Positions 13,175 through 24,243 of a stretch of DNA of 64,000 nucleotides are shown here, in pieces. This DNA is from Podarcis cretensis. Lineage: Eukaryota. The first letter of the stretch is position 1. Every line of letters begins with the position of its first letter. The stretch is from positions 32,736,001 through 32,800,000 of the forward strand of contig OX638160.1 of the NCBI GenBank assembly GCA_951804945.1, given 5' to 3'. The translations under genes and the position numbers were made by a program. Under the pieces are notes generated by a model, which made no database searches, was not told the origin of the DNA, and saw nothing but the letters and a program-made list of their open reading frames with translations.

Positions 13175-14271
13175 TTGGCTAAACAAAGAAGCCATGCAGA
13201 GTAACACCAGCTCATACCCTCAGCACCCCACACAAATTCAAGGCTGTCTGCACTGGGGAAGTCTCCTCAAGATGCCAAGACTACTGCATGATGTAGAAGT
13301 CTAGAATCAGGGAACTGTGGATGTGGATGAAACTAGTATACCTTTTCCTGCTATCTCCAAATTTGTTTATCCAAGACAACAAATGGATGGATGTGCAGGT
13401 TGTCACATTGCTTCACAGCCCCCATTCCCTGCCAATTATTATTATTATTATAAAAATTCTCCATCTTCTAGGAGTCTCTTTTGACAGAGAGGAGGGGTCT
13501 GTAATGAGTAGAGGGTAGCATAGGAGGAAGACAAAGTGGATAAATTCCTTGCATGGCTCTTTGAAAGCTGCTAACTGTGTGTGCAAGTGCAGTTTGTTAC
13601 CTGCCAGCTTAAATAAATGGCTAAAGATATCATTAGTTTAATGTCTGGCAGCACAACCATATTCACAAATGAGAGGTGACAGAGCCTCTGGGTTAAGAAT
13701 TACTGCAAGGGTGTTTTAAGGAGCAATATATAATACGAAAGAGCAAAGTCAAGGGACCAAATCAAGATAAAGTTAGAGTTGCCTTAAGACCCGCTAAAAT
13801 GCTTCCCACCCTGTTTAAAGCTGGTGACTTTGGAGCAGGTCAGGTTCCAGGAAATCACATTCTTTTCACCTTATTTGCAACAGTTCCCACCTGTGAGCAT
13901 AGTCCAAGCTGTAATGTGATTTATGCTCTCAACTTGCTAAGAACAGTTTCCCCAATTCTTCCTAATTCTGGTCTACCCAGAAGACACCGCCTGCTGCTGC
14001 CCCTGGTCTCTGGGTTGCTCCTTCTGGCCCAAAGAGAGATGCCTCCTCGCACTGCCCCACAGGGGTCTGGGAAGAGGCTGGCCAAAGGTGAACGAGAAGA
14101 CAGCACCTTACTCACCTTGTGAAGCAGCAGTGGTGGCAGCAGGCACTGCCGGGCCTATATAGCAGAAAGGCTCCCCATTGGCACCGGGCTCTCAGCTCCC
14201 AGACAGGTCTTCTACAAAACAAGCACAATAAAGGCCAGCACAGTGCCGGCTGGCCCAGACTCCCACTTATC

Positions 14272-14715
14272 TGTACGGCCTAGGACCCACATACCTATGG
14301 GACCGCCTCTCCTGGTATGCCCCGCGGAGGACCTTAAGGTCCACAAATGACAACACTTTGGAGGTCCCAGGTTGCAAGGTGGTGAGATTGGTCTCAACTA
14401 GGGCCAGGGCCTTTTCAGTACTGGTCCCAACTTGGTGGAACGCTCTGTCACAAGAGACTAGGGCCCTGCGGGACTTGACATCTTTCCGCAGGGCCTGCAA
14501 GACAGAGCTGTTCCGCCTGGCCTTTGGTTTGGACTCAGTCTGACCCTTATTTTTCCCTCCCCTTATGGTCTTGATTTATCGGCTACTTTAAAATGAGGCT
14601 GCATTTTAAATTGCATTTTAACCTGTATTTTAAATTGGTCCCCCCCCATTATGTTTTTACTGGTGTTAGCCGCCCTGAGCCCGGCTCTGGCCAGGAAGGG
14701 CGGGGTATAAATAAA

Positions 14716-14768
<53 letters not shown>
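14272..14768 (+). mobile_element. L2 LINE 3' fragment with (TTA)n tail
   Basis: Encodes VRLVSTRARAFSVLVPTWWNALSQETRALRDLTSFRRACKTELFRLAF, the same family as 4513-5181. Tail (tta)n at ~14718-14768. Confidence 0.92.
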
Positions 14769-14769
<1 letters not shown>

Positions 14770-15081
14770 CCAACAGCAGGGGCTGGTGGATTGGCTGGCA
14801 GGGCTCCCTCACGCAATTACTTGCTTACTCTGAAGTTGCCTCAGCTCCTGGCAACCAGCACTCCCGAGCAGCCCTAGAGACACCATTTGCCTGGGGAGCT
14901 TGTAGCCAGGGCTGCTTCAACAAACAGCTGCATAAGCCTTTGGGAGGCAGATACGCGAGAGGGCATCAGAGGAGGGAGGGAAGGAAAGAAAGAGGGACAG
15001 AGGTCAGTATTGCCTGTGGCACCCCTGACCATCATTCAAGGCACCCCAGGGTGCCACGGCATACTGATTGAAAACCACTGA
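14769..15081. mobile_element. Right part of a probable hAT-like non-autonomous element (interrupted by the L2)
   Basis: Ends in tgtggcacccctg...gggtgccacggc...ttgaaaaccactg, a hAT-like terminus. Left end not defined. Confidence 0.4.
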
Positions 15082-15997
15082 TTTAAAGTACTATGATACC
15101 ACTTTAAACAGGCATGAATTCTGGGAACTGTACTTTGTTAAGGGTGCTGAAAGTTGTTACAAGGTGCCTATTCCCCTCACAGAGCTACAATTCCCAGAGT
15201 TTTCTGGGAAAAGGGATTGTTCCTTAAACCACTCTGGTAATTATAGCTGTGTGAGCAGCATTTGGAGTTCAGGATTTTGACTGAAATGAGACTTGAGGTA
15301 AAGAGTTCAGTGCATGTGCAGAACCAGGTTTCTCTTGAAAACCCTTTTATACCAAGAGGCCTATGCAACTGTTTAAATTTCCTTGATTAGTCAGTCATCT
15401 TAATGATGATTTTTGTATTGCCTTTGTGGCGTTTTATGTGCTATTGTACTTGTGGTACACTTCCTTGATATTTCATATGAATTGATGGTATTCAGTTTTT
15501 AAATATATATATGAATAAACAAGCAAACACATCTCATTCGTCATTCCAAGTGAAAAAAGGCCTTTGTGGGAAATAATGTGCCATTCGTTTTGCTTTTGAG
15601 CTTGACAAGTTGGCATTTGGCAGAGTGAAGCAATCTGATTCAGAAGGCAGCACGAGGGAGAGACAGATGAAAGCAGGCGCCAGTGTGTCTGAATGAGGCA
15701 TCAAGATTCTTTAAAGTGTTGGCTCTGGTGTGAGGCATTTGGGATCTGCTTCAGTCAGCAAAATGTCTTTGGTCTTAGAATGTGGGCAGATTTGCATTTG
15801 GACAAGATAATTAGTGATTTCAGGAGCCTCCCCATCACTAGCTAAAAGTTCAGCTTCAGTACAATCGACCTATGGTAGTTACAGTGCATATGATTTTAAA
15901 ATGGATATGACAGCAGTAACTGGAAGAGCTGCAGGAGAAAGGGGGAAAGAGAGTAGCCAGAATTGCATTCAAGACCAAACTTGATAATATTGAGGCT

Positions 15998-16419
15998 GGT
16001 GGGACAAATCTGTCAATTTCAGTTTCTCTCAGTTTCTCATTTCCCCAGCATTAAATACAGTTTTCCACATTTCCATCTTCATTTTTTAAAAATGCTCATA
16101 AATATTTGTAATAATTTTAATGTGAATTTCTCCTAATATAAACATCTTTGCATGTGATTTTGCCGAACATACACATTTTTGTAAAGCAATTTCCCTAAAT
16201 GTACTTTTGTCTGTTATTTTTCAGGAATATACACATTCTTACACACACCTAGCGCGTGGCTTTCTGTGCAAATTATTTGGTTAAAGAACTGCATTGCAAA
16301 ATTCAGAGAAGTGTGACTGTCGAGGGATGGCTGTGTTTCAGTATGCATATTGTTTCTGGAAAGTGAGAATTAGGTAGGTAGTTAAATGTGGACTGAATTG
16401 AATTTCTGCCCCATCCCTA
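15998..16419 (+). repeat. AT-rich dispersed repeat family, unclassified (copies also ~33730-34495, ~44130-44522)
   Basis: Shared motifs cagtttctcattt, aatttctcctaat, acacatttt, ggctgtgtttcag and a ccccatccct end recur in all three places. Confidence 0.6.
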
Positions 16420-16540
16420 TAATGCATGAAGGATATAGCCTAAATAGGAGGAGTGAGGGCTAGAAAAGCCCCCTGGTCCCCTTGTGTTGGCTCTACATCC
16501 TATGGGTACCAATCAGGATATGGCAAGGAAATTCATTATA

Positions 16541-17252
16541 CTGTATTGGCCCAAATATGAGCTGCACCTTTAAAATTCATGGGGGGAGACAATACCCAAA
16601 TATAAGATGCTCCCTTCAAATTGGCAGCAACCACGTGATCCGAGAAAAAAATTGCGGCCCTAGAGGACCTACACAGTGCAGCAGGGGTGAGGTTTGCGGA
16701 GGGCGGTGGTGGATTGCCTAGGCACCCACAACCTGCTGCCGGATGCCCTCCCCATGCCAAGTTGGCACCCCCCACTCCCTAACAGTGGGGGGGGGCTGGT
16801 TGGGCAGGCAGTGGGGGGTCGCGGCAGCAGCCCCCACTAGCACTTACCATTCCACTGCCCACCGCTCCCAGCACTGGGCACCCCACCAATGACAGCAGAG
16901 GCCCACAGCGTGAAGTGTCAGCACCGGCCGCCACCACCAGGTACCCGCCACCCCCACTTGCTAGGGCTCCAGCAAGAGTTAAAGGCTTGGAAGCAGCAGG
17001 TGGGCTGCGTACAGTTGCCCTGTGCTCCTGGGCTGCACTCTGGGGGGGCTCACCACACTGCTTTGCCGGCGGCCTCCCCCTTCGTTCTGATGGTTCAGGG
17101 GAGGTTTGGGGAGTGGCGGGTGAGACGGCCACGTGGTGGCATCCTGGGCTGTTTCAGCAGTGATATCGTAAGGTTGCGAATATAAGCCTCACTAACTTTT
17201 CATAGTCAGCATTTGGAAAAAAAAGGTGTGGCTTATATTCAGGCCAATACGG
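16541..17252. mobile_element. Tc1/mariner-superfamily (pogo/Tc2-like) non-autonomous element with GC-rich interior
   Basis: Left end CTGTATTGGCCCAAATATGAGCTGCACC matches the reverse complement of the right end, CCGTATTGGCCTGAATATAAGCCACACC. TA flanks at 16539-40 and 17253-54. Confidence 0.85.
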
Positions 17253-18205
17253 TAGGAATAAGTACCATCCTCCATGTCTTCTAATGGTCACAGTGACCTT
17301 GGCTGGGATGAATAGGGAGCCAAACAACTGGCTGATTAAAAGTATGTGTTCATATCCTTTAAACTTTCTCAAGTTCCCTGGTCTCCTCTCACTCCACTCA
17401 CTCATTTACCTTTTTTACCTACCTCCTCTGACAACTTCTGATGTGAATATTGCACCAGTGATCCAGACTGGTTTAAATTCCTTCCTTGTTTAGATAATTA
17501 GGCAATACAAAAGGTTATCATTCCTGGCTTAGTTTTATTAGATGTCATTCTGAGAATCAAATATCTTGTGCCATTATTCTTACTAATTATTATATTATTA
17601 GAATTTAATCATGACTTTCTACCAAAAAATAAATAAAAATGTTCAAAGCAACTTACAACTTCATAAAATACAGTTGAGATATTTTACATCACAGCTGCCA
17701 TAACTCTTACGTTGCACAAATGCTATTTTGTGGATATGAATCCATTTACTAAATCACTTATTGCAGCTTTTGTGGGTATGAATCCATTTACTAGACTATG
17801 CCTGGACAATACATCAATGAATTTTCAAAAGAGCAGAAATTGCATGGCATGTGCGAAGAGGAAACCTATTAGGGAATAATGTTTTCCTATTAATCTGCGG
17901 TGAAGAGATTTGACCTAAGAATAACTCCCTGTCAAACAAGGAGATGCTACTGTTTACCCTGTGGAGATGTTAACAGATTTTGCACAGATACTTGCTTTGA
18001 AAAAAACTGGAAAGTAAAACTTTTCCAGCTCAGAATATCTAGGATAATTATGAGCTGAATTCAAACCTCTTAGAAGTTTGGGCTCAGACCAGAGAAAGTT
18101 CACATCCTTTCCTTCTGACACTTATCTAGCAGTGCTGTCAGCAGTGATAGAGGTGGAAACTGTGGTCCTCATCAGGCCATGCAGGCAGCATTGTAGGTAT
18201 GAGAA

Positions 18206-18530
18206 CACTGGGGAACAATTTTTTTGTTGCATTGACACCTGCAGCTGTTCTAATCTAATTTCAACGTGCTGATTTCATATCTGAAGTTGGTTTTGTTCTG
18301 TAAGCTCTAGGTTTTTGTTTTTTTTTTTGAAATTCCTGTTTTTCACAATGCAATAATTCAATATTTTATTAAACACATAGCCAAAGTAGTACAATATGAG
18401 TATAAATGTAAGTGGCTTCTATAGCATTGAACATGACATGTATAGCATTGAAAATGACATGTATAGCATTGAAAATGACATGTATATCTATGTACAGTTG
18501 GAGGTATGCAAAAAAATGTATTCCCTTGGG
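18206..18530 (+). mobile_element. Chapaev-like non-autonomous element
   Basis: Starts CACTGGGGAACAATTTTTTT, as at 19372, and shares tgctgatttca(t/a)atctgaa with it. Ends in a degenerate inverted copy (aaaaaaatgtattccc). Confidence 0.55.
18420..18485 (+). repeat. 21-bp minisatellite x3 (tatagcattgaa[c/a]atgacatg)
   Basis: Directly visible tandem copies. Confidence 0.9.
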
Positions 18531-18538
18531 ATGCACAG

Positions 18539-19364
18539 TGTCAGGGGTTCAGGAGCAGAAGCATAGGGAAGAGGGGAGATGGAGAGCGAAGGGGAAGAAT
18601 CCGAGGGCAGCGTAGGAGAAGATGACAGTGGCCCGAGAGATTCCATGAGCCTCTCCAGCGAATCGGAAGATTCACAGAAGGGGGCGCCGGTGGCCAGGGC
18701 AAGGGGGGTCCCAAGGGGGACACCCCAGAAGCAAGGGGCCAGCGGGGACTCCCAGAGCAGCAGTTGGAAATCAGGACCAGCTTCCCCACCAGAGCATAGT
18801 GGGGGGGAAGAGTCACAGGTATCGGGAGTAGCGTCTCCCCCAGCAGGGAGAGGAGAGGAGTCAGGGCTGACCACGCCTCCATCGGAGAGTCAGACAACGG
18901 AGGGGAGGTCAGATCCGGCCAGTATCCCGGAAGAGGGAAGCAGTGACAGAAGTAGTGTAACGGTCAGGAGGAAGGTCACTGGGTTGGCGCGAGAGGCAAG
19001 TTCAAATGTACAGGAGCATGGGACAGCAGAGAATGAGGATTGGGAACCGGGTCCTAAAGCCCGCCGGAGGCAGGGGGAGGAGCTAAGCGACTCAGCGTCA
19101 GAGGAGTCCAGAAAGGGGAATGCCCCAGCGGGCAGGAGGACCCAGAGGAGAAGAGAGCAGCGGAAAAGGTGGAGCAGGGCTAGGATCTTAAACTGGTGTC
19201 AGAGGGGAGGAGATTCAGACGGGACTTCGCCGATCTAGGGTTTAAGATGTAGGGCTGCGCGCTGCGGCTTTGAAATGGAAATTGAACTTCAATAAAGACT
19301 TTTGTACATTACGACAGCCTAGCGTTGGTCCTCTGTGAGCTGGGACCTAGAGGCAGCTCTGACA
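18539..19364 (+). mobile_element. Solo LTR (Gypsy-like), 826 bp, containing a 219-aa ORF
   Basis: TGTCAG...CTGACA termini, perfect 5-bp TSD CACAG (18534-38, 19365-69), AATAAA at 19291-96. Confidence 0.9.
18579..19238 (+). CDS. LTR-embedded ORF: disordered Ser/Glu/Gly-rich protein with Arg-rich C-terminus (putative U3-encoded Pol tail or accessory protein)
   Basis: Uninterrupted 219 codons covering ~80% of the LTR, ending RRTQRRREQRKRWSRARILNWC. Expression from this solo copy is not shown. Confidence 0.5.
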   Translation: MESEGEESEGSVGEDDSGPRDSMSLSSESEDSQKGAPVARARGVPRGTPQKQGASGDSQSSSWKSGPASPPEHSGGEESQVSGVASPPAGRGEESGLTTPPSESQTTEGRSDPASIPEEGSSDRSSVTVRRKVTGLAREASSNVQEHGTAENEDWEPGPKARRRQGEELSDSASEESRKGNAPAGRRTQRRREQRKRWSRARILNWCQRGGDSDGTSPI

Positions 19365-19371
19365 CACAGTA

Positions 19372-20216
19372 TACTGGGGAACAATTTTTTTTTCATTTTC
19401 TTTTGCATGAGATTTTTCAACTGTTCTTATATGTTCTTTCAATGCTGATTTCAAATCTGAAATCGATTTTCGTGTACATGCTATAGTTATCTTTCAATTT
19501 CCAACTTTTGCCGAGGTAAGTGGACACTGACACGTTGATCTACCCTAACCACGTGGTAATTATTGTTATGCAAACTTAATTTTTCTTTATTTTTACAGTT
19601 TTGTAACCTAAATATTTGTATTTTTCAAACTGGACCATGGCTTCTTCAAGTAGACAAAAATGTGTAAACAAGCCTGATGCCTTTTTTAATGCTATTTTTG
19701 TCTGGTCAATACGAAGGGTATCGGCAAGAAAAACCTACATTCTGTCACCTATCCCACTATTCCTTCAGCAATTAGACCTATCCCGTACTCTGAGGAACTC
19801 CCAATTCCAGTTTTTAAGAGGTTTGTCTCTTCTGAAGATGAAGGAAGTAAACATGGTGAGGAGCACAACTGGATCATCTGGATCTCAAAATGGTCAACTT
19901 ATTGCTTGGACAACAGAAAGGCTTTACCAAGTACCTGAATAACAATTGTAGATACCACTAGGAAACAAAAATAGCAGTTACTTGTGTGATCCTTGGGTTC
20001 TCGCCAAACCATGGGAACCCCAAAAGGCATACTCTTGCGTTTTCCTTTTTTCCAGTCTCACAATTGTGACAAACAATATGCGGAACCCATTTCTTATCTT
20101 GGTCGCCCAGGGGAATTTCAAAATAGCTTTTATAGGCACGCCTCACAAACACTGTTATATCGCGTCTTTGACGAGGAAGTGCGTAGCATCCACATACATA
20201 CATAACAAAAGGCATC
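19372..20216 (+). pseudogene. Chapaev(3)-type DNA transposon 5' end with deleted and rearranged transposase
   Basis: Terminus (t)actggggaacaattttt; putative 5'-UTR intron GT 19516...AG 19598; accATGg at 19637. Plus strand encodes MASSSRQKCVNKPDAF, CYFCLVNTKGIGKKNLHSVTYPTIPSAIRPIPYSEELPIPVF and DLKMVNLLLGQQKGFTKY. Minus strand 19965-20216 encodes CGCY...YFEIPLGDQDKKWVPHIVCHNC and PFGVPMVWREPKDH. Confidence 0.85.
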
Positions 20217-20218
20217 TC

Positions 20219-20727
20219 TGTAAGATGGTGTGGCGTTTGCCCTCCTAGGTGTGTGACATCATACTGGGGTCTTAAGGAAAGGGTTAACTAATTGTAAAAT
20301 GACTAACCAATGGGAACCCAAGGGGAGGAGTTAGAGTTAGAGTTAATGTGGTTAAGAAGTCAGTCTGAAGTTAGAGAAGAGACAGAGAGGATACGTCTGT
20401 GGGTTGGGCTAGTCTGATGTGAGAGATTGAGAGAATCTGTTGAGAGGAGTCAGTCAAACAGTTGATATAATCAGTCAAAAGGTATTAGGAAGGTATAGGC
20501 CGGTAAAGAAACTAAACTTAAGAAACTGACAGGAATATTATCTGAGAAATCATAAACTTGTTAATGCTTATAAAATGAACTTGTTTATTTGGTTCAATTT
20601 TAACAACTGTCTGGACTCAGTGTCTTACCCGAGAGTAATGGGTTGGTGGCAGCGGAGAAGCAAGCACACTGGTAGCACAGGGATCAACAGACTGTTAAAC
20701 GTCCGGGGACCCTGTGTGATCACCACA
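20219..20727 (+). mobile_element. Solo LTR-like element (Gypsy-like), no matching TSD
   Basis: TGTAAG...CACCACA termini, CCAAT and purine-rich U3-like region. Flanks (atctc / gatgg) do not match. Confidence 0.6.
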
Positions 20728-21362
20728 GATGGCAGCAACCTTTTGGCAAAGCATAATATGCTTCTCATATTAAAGTCATTGAGCAAGCCTATGCAAGCAT
20801 AGATGCTCCATCTATGCACTCAAATCCTAAAGCCCACAAGGGATTGTCTCATGAGGGTACTGGCCCATAGAATACATTTATGATGTCTGGCATATGCAGC
20901 ACAAAATGGATTTGGGCATTAGCAGCTGTGTGCAATGGCCCATCTATCTATTTATCAATTCCTTAGGAAGCAAAAACGTTATGCCACCTAGGATGTTGTT
21001 AACTATTTATTTTATGTTCACTTATAGACAGGGACAAGAAAGGAAGTAAGCAATCAATAATTGCTTGCAAATCAAGAGGCCAATTAGCTACAGAAATAGA
21101 CACTGAAGTAACAACATATGGTTACGGTGAAGGAGAAACTTGTTAATTATGCCAATCAGGATTATATTCAGAAATCTAAAGTTAAACAACTTTCAAACAA
21201 CCATTTGTTGCCCATCCTTGTCACTGCCCATTTCTCCTCTCCTGCTGCAATGCTGCTTCTGCTACCTGCTTCCATGCCATGGTCTACTGCAATGGCAAGA
21301 CCACTGGAAGATCACACCAACTTGGAAGGGCCTACTTGTGTGTGCATGTTCCTATTTCATTC

Positions 21363-22140
21363 AAGAACATAAAAAATGGCCTATCCAGTATAGCATTTTG
21401 TTCTCACAGTGTCCAGCCAGATGGCCACTGGAAGCCCACAAGCAGCACAAGAGCACTACTCTGCCCTGCAGTCTCCAACAACTTGTATTCAGAAACAGAC
21501 TGCCTCCAACCTTGAAGGTAGAATACAGTGGTACCTCGGGTTACAGACGCTTCAGGTTACAGATGCTTCAGGTTACAGACTCCGCTAACCCAGAAATAGT
21601 ACCTCAGGTTAAGAACTTTGCTTCAGAATGAGAACAGAAATCGCATGGCGGTGGCATGGCAACAGCAGGAGGCCCCATTAGCTAAAGTGGTACCTCAGGT
21701 TAAGAACAGTTTCAGGTTACAAAGGGACTTCCAGAATGAATTGAGTTCTTAACCCAAGGTACCACTGTATAGCTATCATGGCTTGTGCCCACTGATAGCC
21801 TTATCCTTCAATAATTTGTCTAATTCTCTTCTAAAACCATCCAAGCTGGTAGTCTTCACTGTTTCCTGTGAGAGCAAATTCCATATTTTGACAATGCTGT
21901 GTGAAGAAGTGCTTTGCTTTGTCTGTTCTGAAACCTCCAATATTTGGTCTATGTTCAAAGGAGGAGGACAACTTTTCTGTATCTCCTTTCCCCATGCCAT
22001 ACATACCGGTAATTTTACATAGACTTATTCCATCTTGTCCCCTGCTTGCCTCCAAACTAAAAAGCCCCAAATACTGCAACCTTTCATTCAAGGGGAATTG
22101 CTCCATCCCCTTGATCATTTGGGTTACCCTTTTCCAAACT
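21363..22140 (-). mobile_element. CR1 LINE 3' fragment, interrupted by a MITE
   Basis: Minus strand encodes MIKGMEQFPLNERLQYLGLFSLE, RTDKAKHFFTQ, VKIWNLLSQETV and SLDGFRRELDKLLKDKAISG (CR1 ORF2 end), followed by a 3' UTR ending ttatgttctt. Confidence 0.85.
21526..21767. mobile_element. Tc1/mariner (Tigger-like) MITE, same family as 9301-9523, opposite orientation
   Basis: TIRs CAGTGGTACCTCGGGTTA / TAACCCAAGGTACCACTG with TA flanks. Nested in the CR1 3' UTR. Confidence 0.92.
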
Positions 22141-23155
22141 TTTCAAACTATACAATATTACCATCACTGTATACCTCTCTTTTGAAGGCTCATTTAAGCC
22201 TTTAGAAAGTGCAGACATTTGCTGTGAATGCTGCGGAAGGAGAAACTTGTGAGATATTGTGTGCATTCATCAGATTCACTTTCTCTTTAAGCAGCTTGGA
22301 GTTTTAGGGGCATCTGGGGAGTTCCATGGTGGAGTTGGGTGGAGAGAGAGAGATACAAAATGCCAACTAGTCTCTGGCTCATAGTTCTTATTTGCTTGTT
22401 TTCATTTTATGGCAACTAATTAATGCGCAGCAGGCCAGGTCTAATCGCCTCTGTAGTGTTGCTTAAATCTGATGTTTAAATGTGCTTGCTGGGAGTGGGG
22501 TGTTGTGGGGATACCTTTCCTAATGTCATCTTAACTTCCTTAATGATTCAGGGCATTTAAACATAAATTTAGCCTATCACAGTAGTGAAACCTTTGCAGT
22601 CATACAGTGGAACACGAAAGCCAGAAGGAATTTGAAAGAAACAACTGCATAAATTCTTAACAGAAACTGATTTAGTGAGTGTGTTTTCCTGTTCCTTTGA
22701 ACATTCGTGATCCTGAGTACGGACCTTATTGTTTGCCATTTCTAATTTCCAACCCCCAAATATGATCTCATTACAATTCTCCTCCTGGGATTTGGCCTCT
22801 TTCATACTACTAGAAGGTGGTGGGCACAAAATTTCTTGGAGAATGAAGGTATTGATCGTGACATCACTAGATAGGAAACACTCAGGACCAGCTTCACCAT
22901 TAGGCAGAGTGAGACAGCTGCCTCAGGCAGACAAATCTGGGTGTTGTGAAAGGGCAGCACATAGTGAATTATTTAATTTACACTTGTTGTGATTTTTACT
23001 CCCTGGATAAAAGCGTCTGTGGGATTTTCTGTCTCAAGAACACAACAACCTGGCCAACCTTGGATATCATGCATTTTGTCTTGGGACTGTCATTTTCTGT
23101 TCTGCATCAGACAGAAAAATGTTCTGTGCAGGCCCTGGAAATGCTGGTTTGAAAA

Positions 23156-23250
23156 GGGGAAGGACTGCAGCTTAGTGGTAGAGCCTCCACTTTCCATGCA
23201 TAAGCTCTGAGGTTCAATCCCCAGATAGGGCTGGGAGAAAAACCTGTCTC
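23156..23250 (+). mobile_element. tRNA-derived SINE 5' part
   Basis: gcagcttagtggtagagc...aggttcaatcccc...agggctgggagaaaaacctgtct, same family as 11081. Confidence 0.7.
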
Positions 23251-23592
23251 AGGTCTCTCCTTCTCTCAGACTTCAGTCTCTGCAGCTCAGGAGATGCCGA
23301 TGGGTTACTAGACCCAGAGGCCGCCTCAGCCTCTCCTGACCCAACTGGTAGTGGAGCAGCTGTAAGTGATTGCCCAGCAGAGAACATTGAGGTAATCCCC
23401 GCATCTGGAGCCAGGGCAGGCTCAGGCCCCTGACTTGGCCCAGCTGGTGCTTGTTGCAGGGGAACCTGTGCAGACTGGGACTCTTCAGAATCAGGCCCCA
23501 GACTAGGTTCAGATGCCGCCTGAGGCAAAGGATCTGGTGCAGACTGAGACTCCTCTGGCTCCGAGTCTGACTCAAAGTCCCAGGCCATCACA
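23251..23592 (-). mobile_element. Truncated ORF-bearing LTR, homologous to 42346-42949
   Basis: Starts TGTGATGGCCTGGGA on the minus strand. Open frame MAWDFESDSEPEESQ...GSSNPSASPELQRLKSERRRDL. Confidence 0.8.
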
Positions 23593-23809
23593 GGAGGGGA
23601 GAGTGCTGTTGTGCTCAAACCCTGCTTGTCAATTTCCTAAAGGCATTTGAGTGGCCACTATGAAAACAGGCTGTGGAACTCGATGATCAAGCAGGCACAT
23701 CTTATGTTCTTACTTATGAATAAATATTCATAGCATTGCTTTGACAATCACAGCAGAAGGGTTAGCTTTTATGTTTCAAAAAACTGATTAAATTATTTGT
23801 TTTTGTTTC

Positions 23810-24243
23810 CTTGATAGAAAGAATCCCTACCAGAGAAGAATGGCAAACCAAGCTGCTGGACAATGCCAAATAGGCAAAACTATCCGGAAAGCTTAGGAAC
23901 AAAGAGGACCATAACTTTAATGAAGAATGGGGAAAACTTGATAGAGCACTGTAAGCAGATGAACACATTAGCAGGATTGCAACATTACACATACTTCTGT
24001 AAAACAAGAAAATCTTTAATAAAAAAAACCACTTGTAACGTAGAAATTGTCCAATTACTATGGACAAAATGATGAGACATAAAACTTGGATGATGAAATA
24101 ATACACAGTTGAAAAGGTTTATAATAGGACCCATAGAGGGGAAGGTGGGAAGTCTATAGATTCAGATAAATCTTTAAATATGGATATGTATTTGGTAATG
24201 GTATAATCTTACACTTGCAAAATCAAATAAAAATTATTTCAAA
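23810..24243 (+). mobile_element. L1-clade LINE 3' end with A-rich tail and 20-bp TSD
   Basis: Encodes RIPTREEWQTKLLD, like DLPTLEEWQMQLIE in the L1 at 59 kb. AATAAA and A-tail present. TSD aaattatttgtttttgtttc at 23790-23809 and 24244-24263. Confidence 0.85.

Noticed and set aside
14593-14877. Poly-Leu ORF resembling a signal peptide
   Set aside because: Translation of the L2 (TTA)n tail.
16779-17185. Overlapping GC-rich ORFs
   Set aside because: Inside a MITE; openness is explained by GC content and there are no transposase motifs.
18420-18485. CRISPR-like array
   Set aside because: Head-to-tail 21-bp minisatellite with no spacers, in eukaryotic DNA with no cas genes.
18488-18897. Minus-strand ORFs of 128 and 118 aa
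   Set aside because: Antisense shadows of the longer plus-strand LTR ORF.
18579-19238. Host single-exon gene or processed pseudogene
   Set aside because: Bounded by TG...CA termini and a 5-bp TSD with no poly(A) tail, so it is LTR-derived rather than a retrocopied mRNA.
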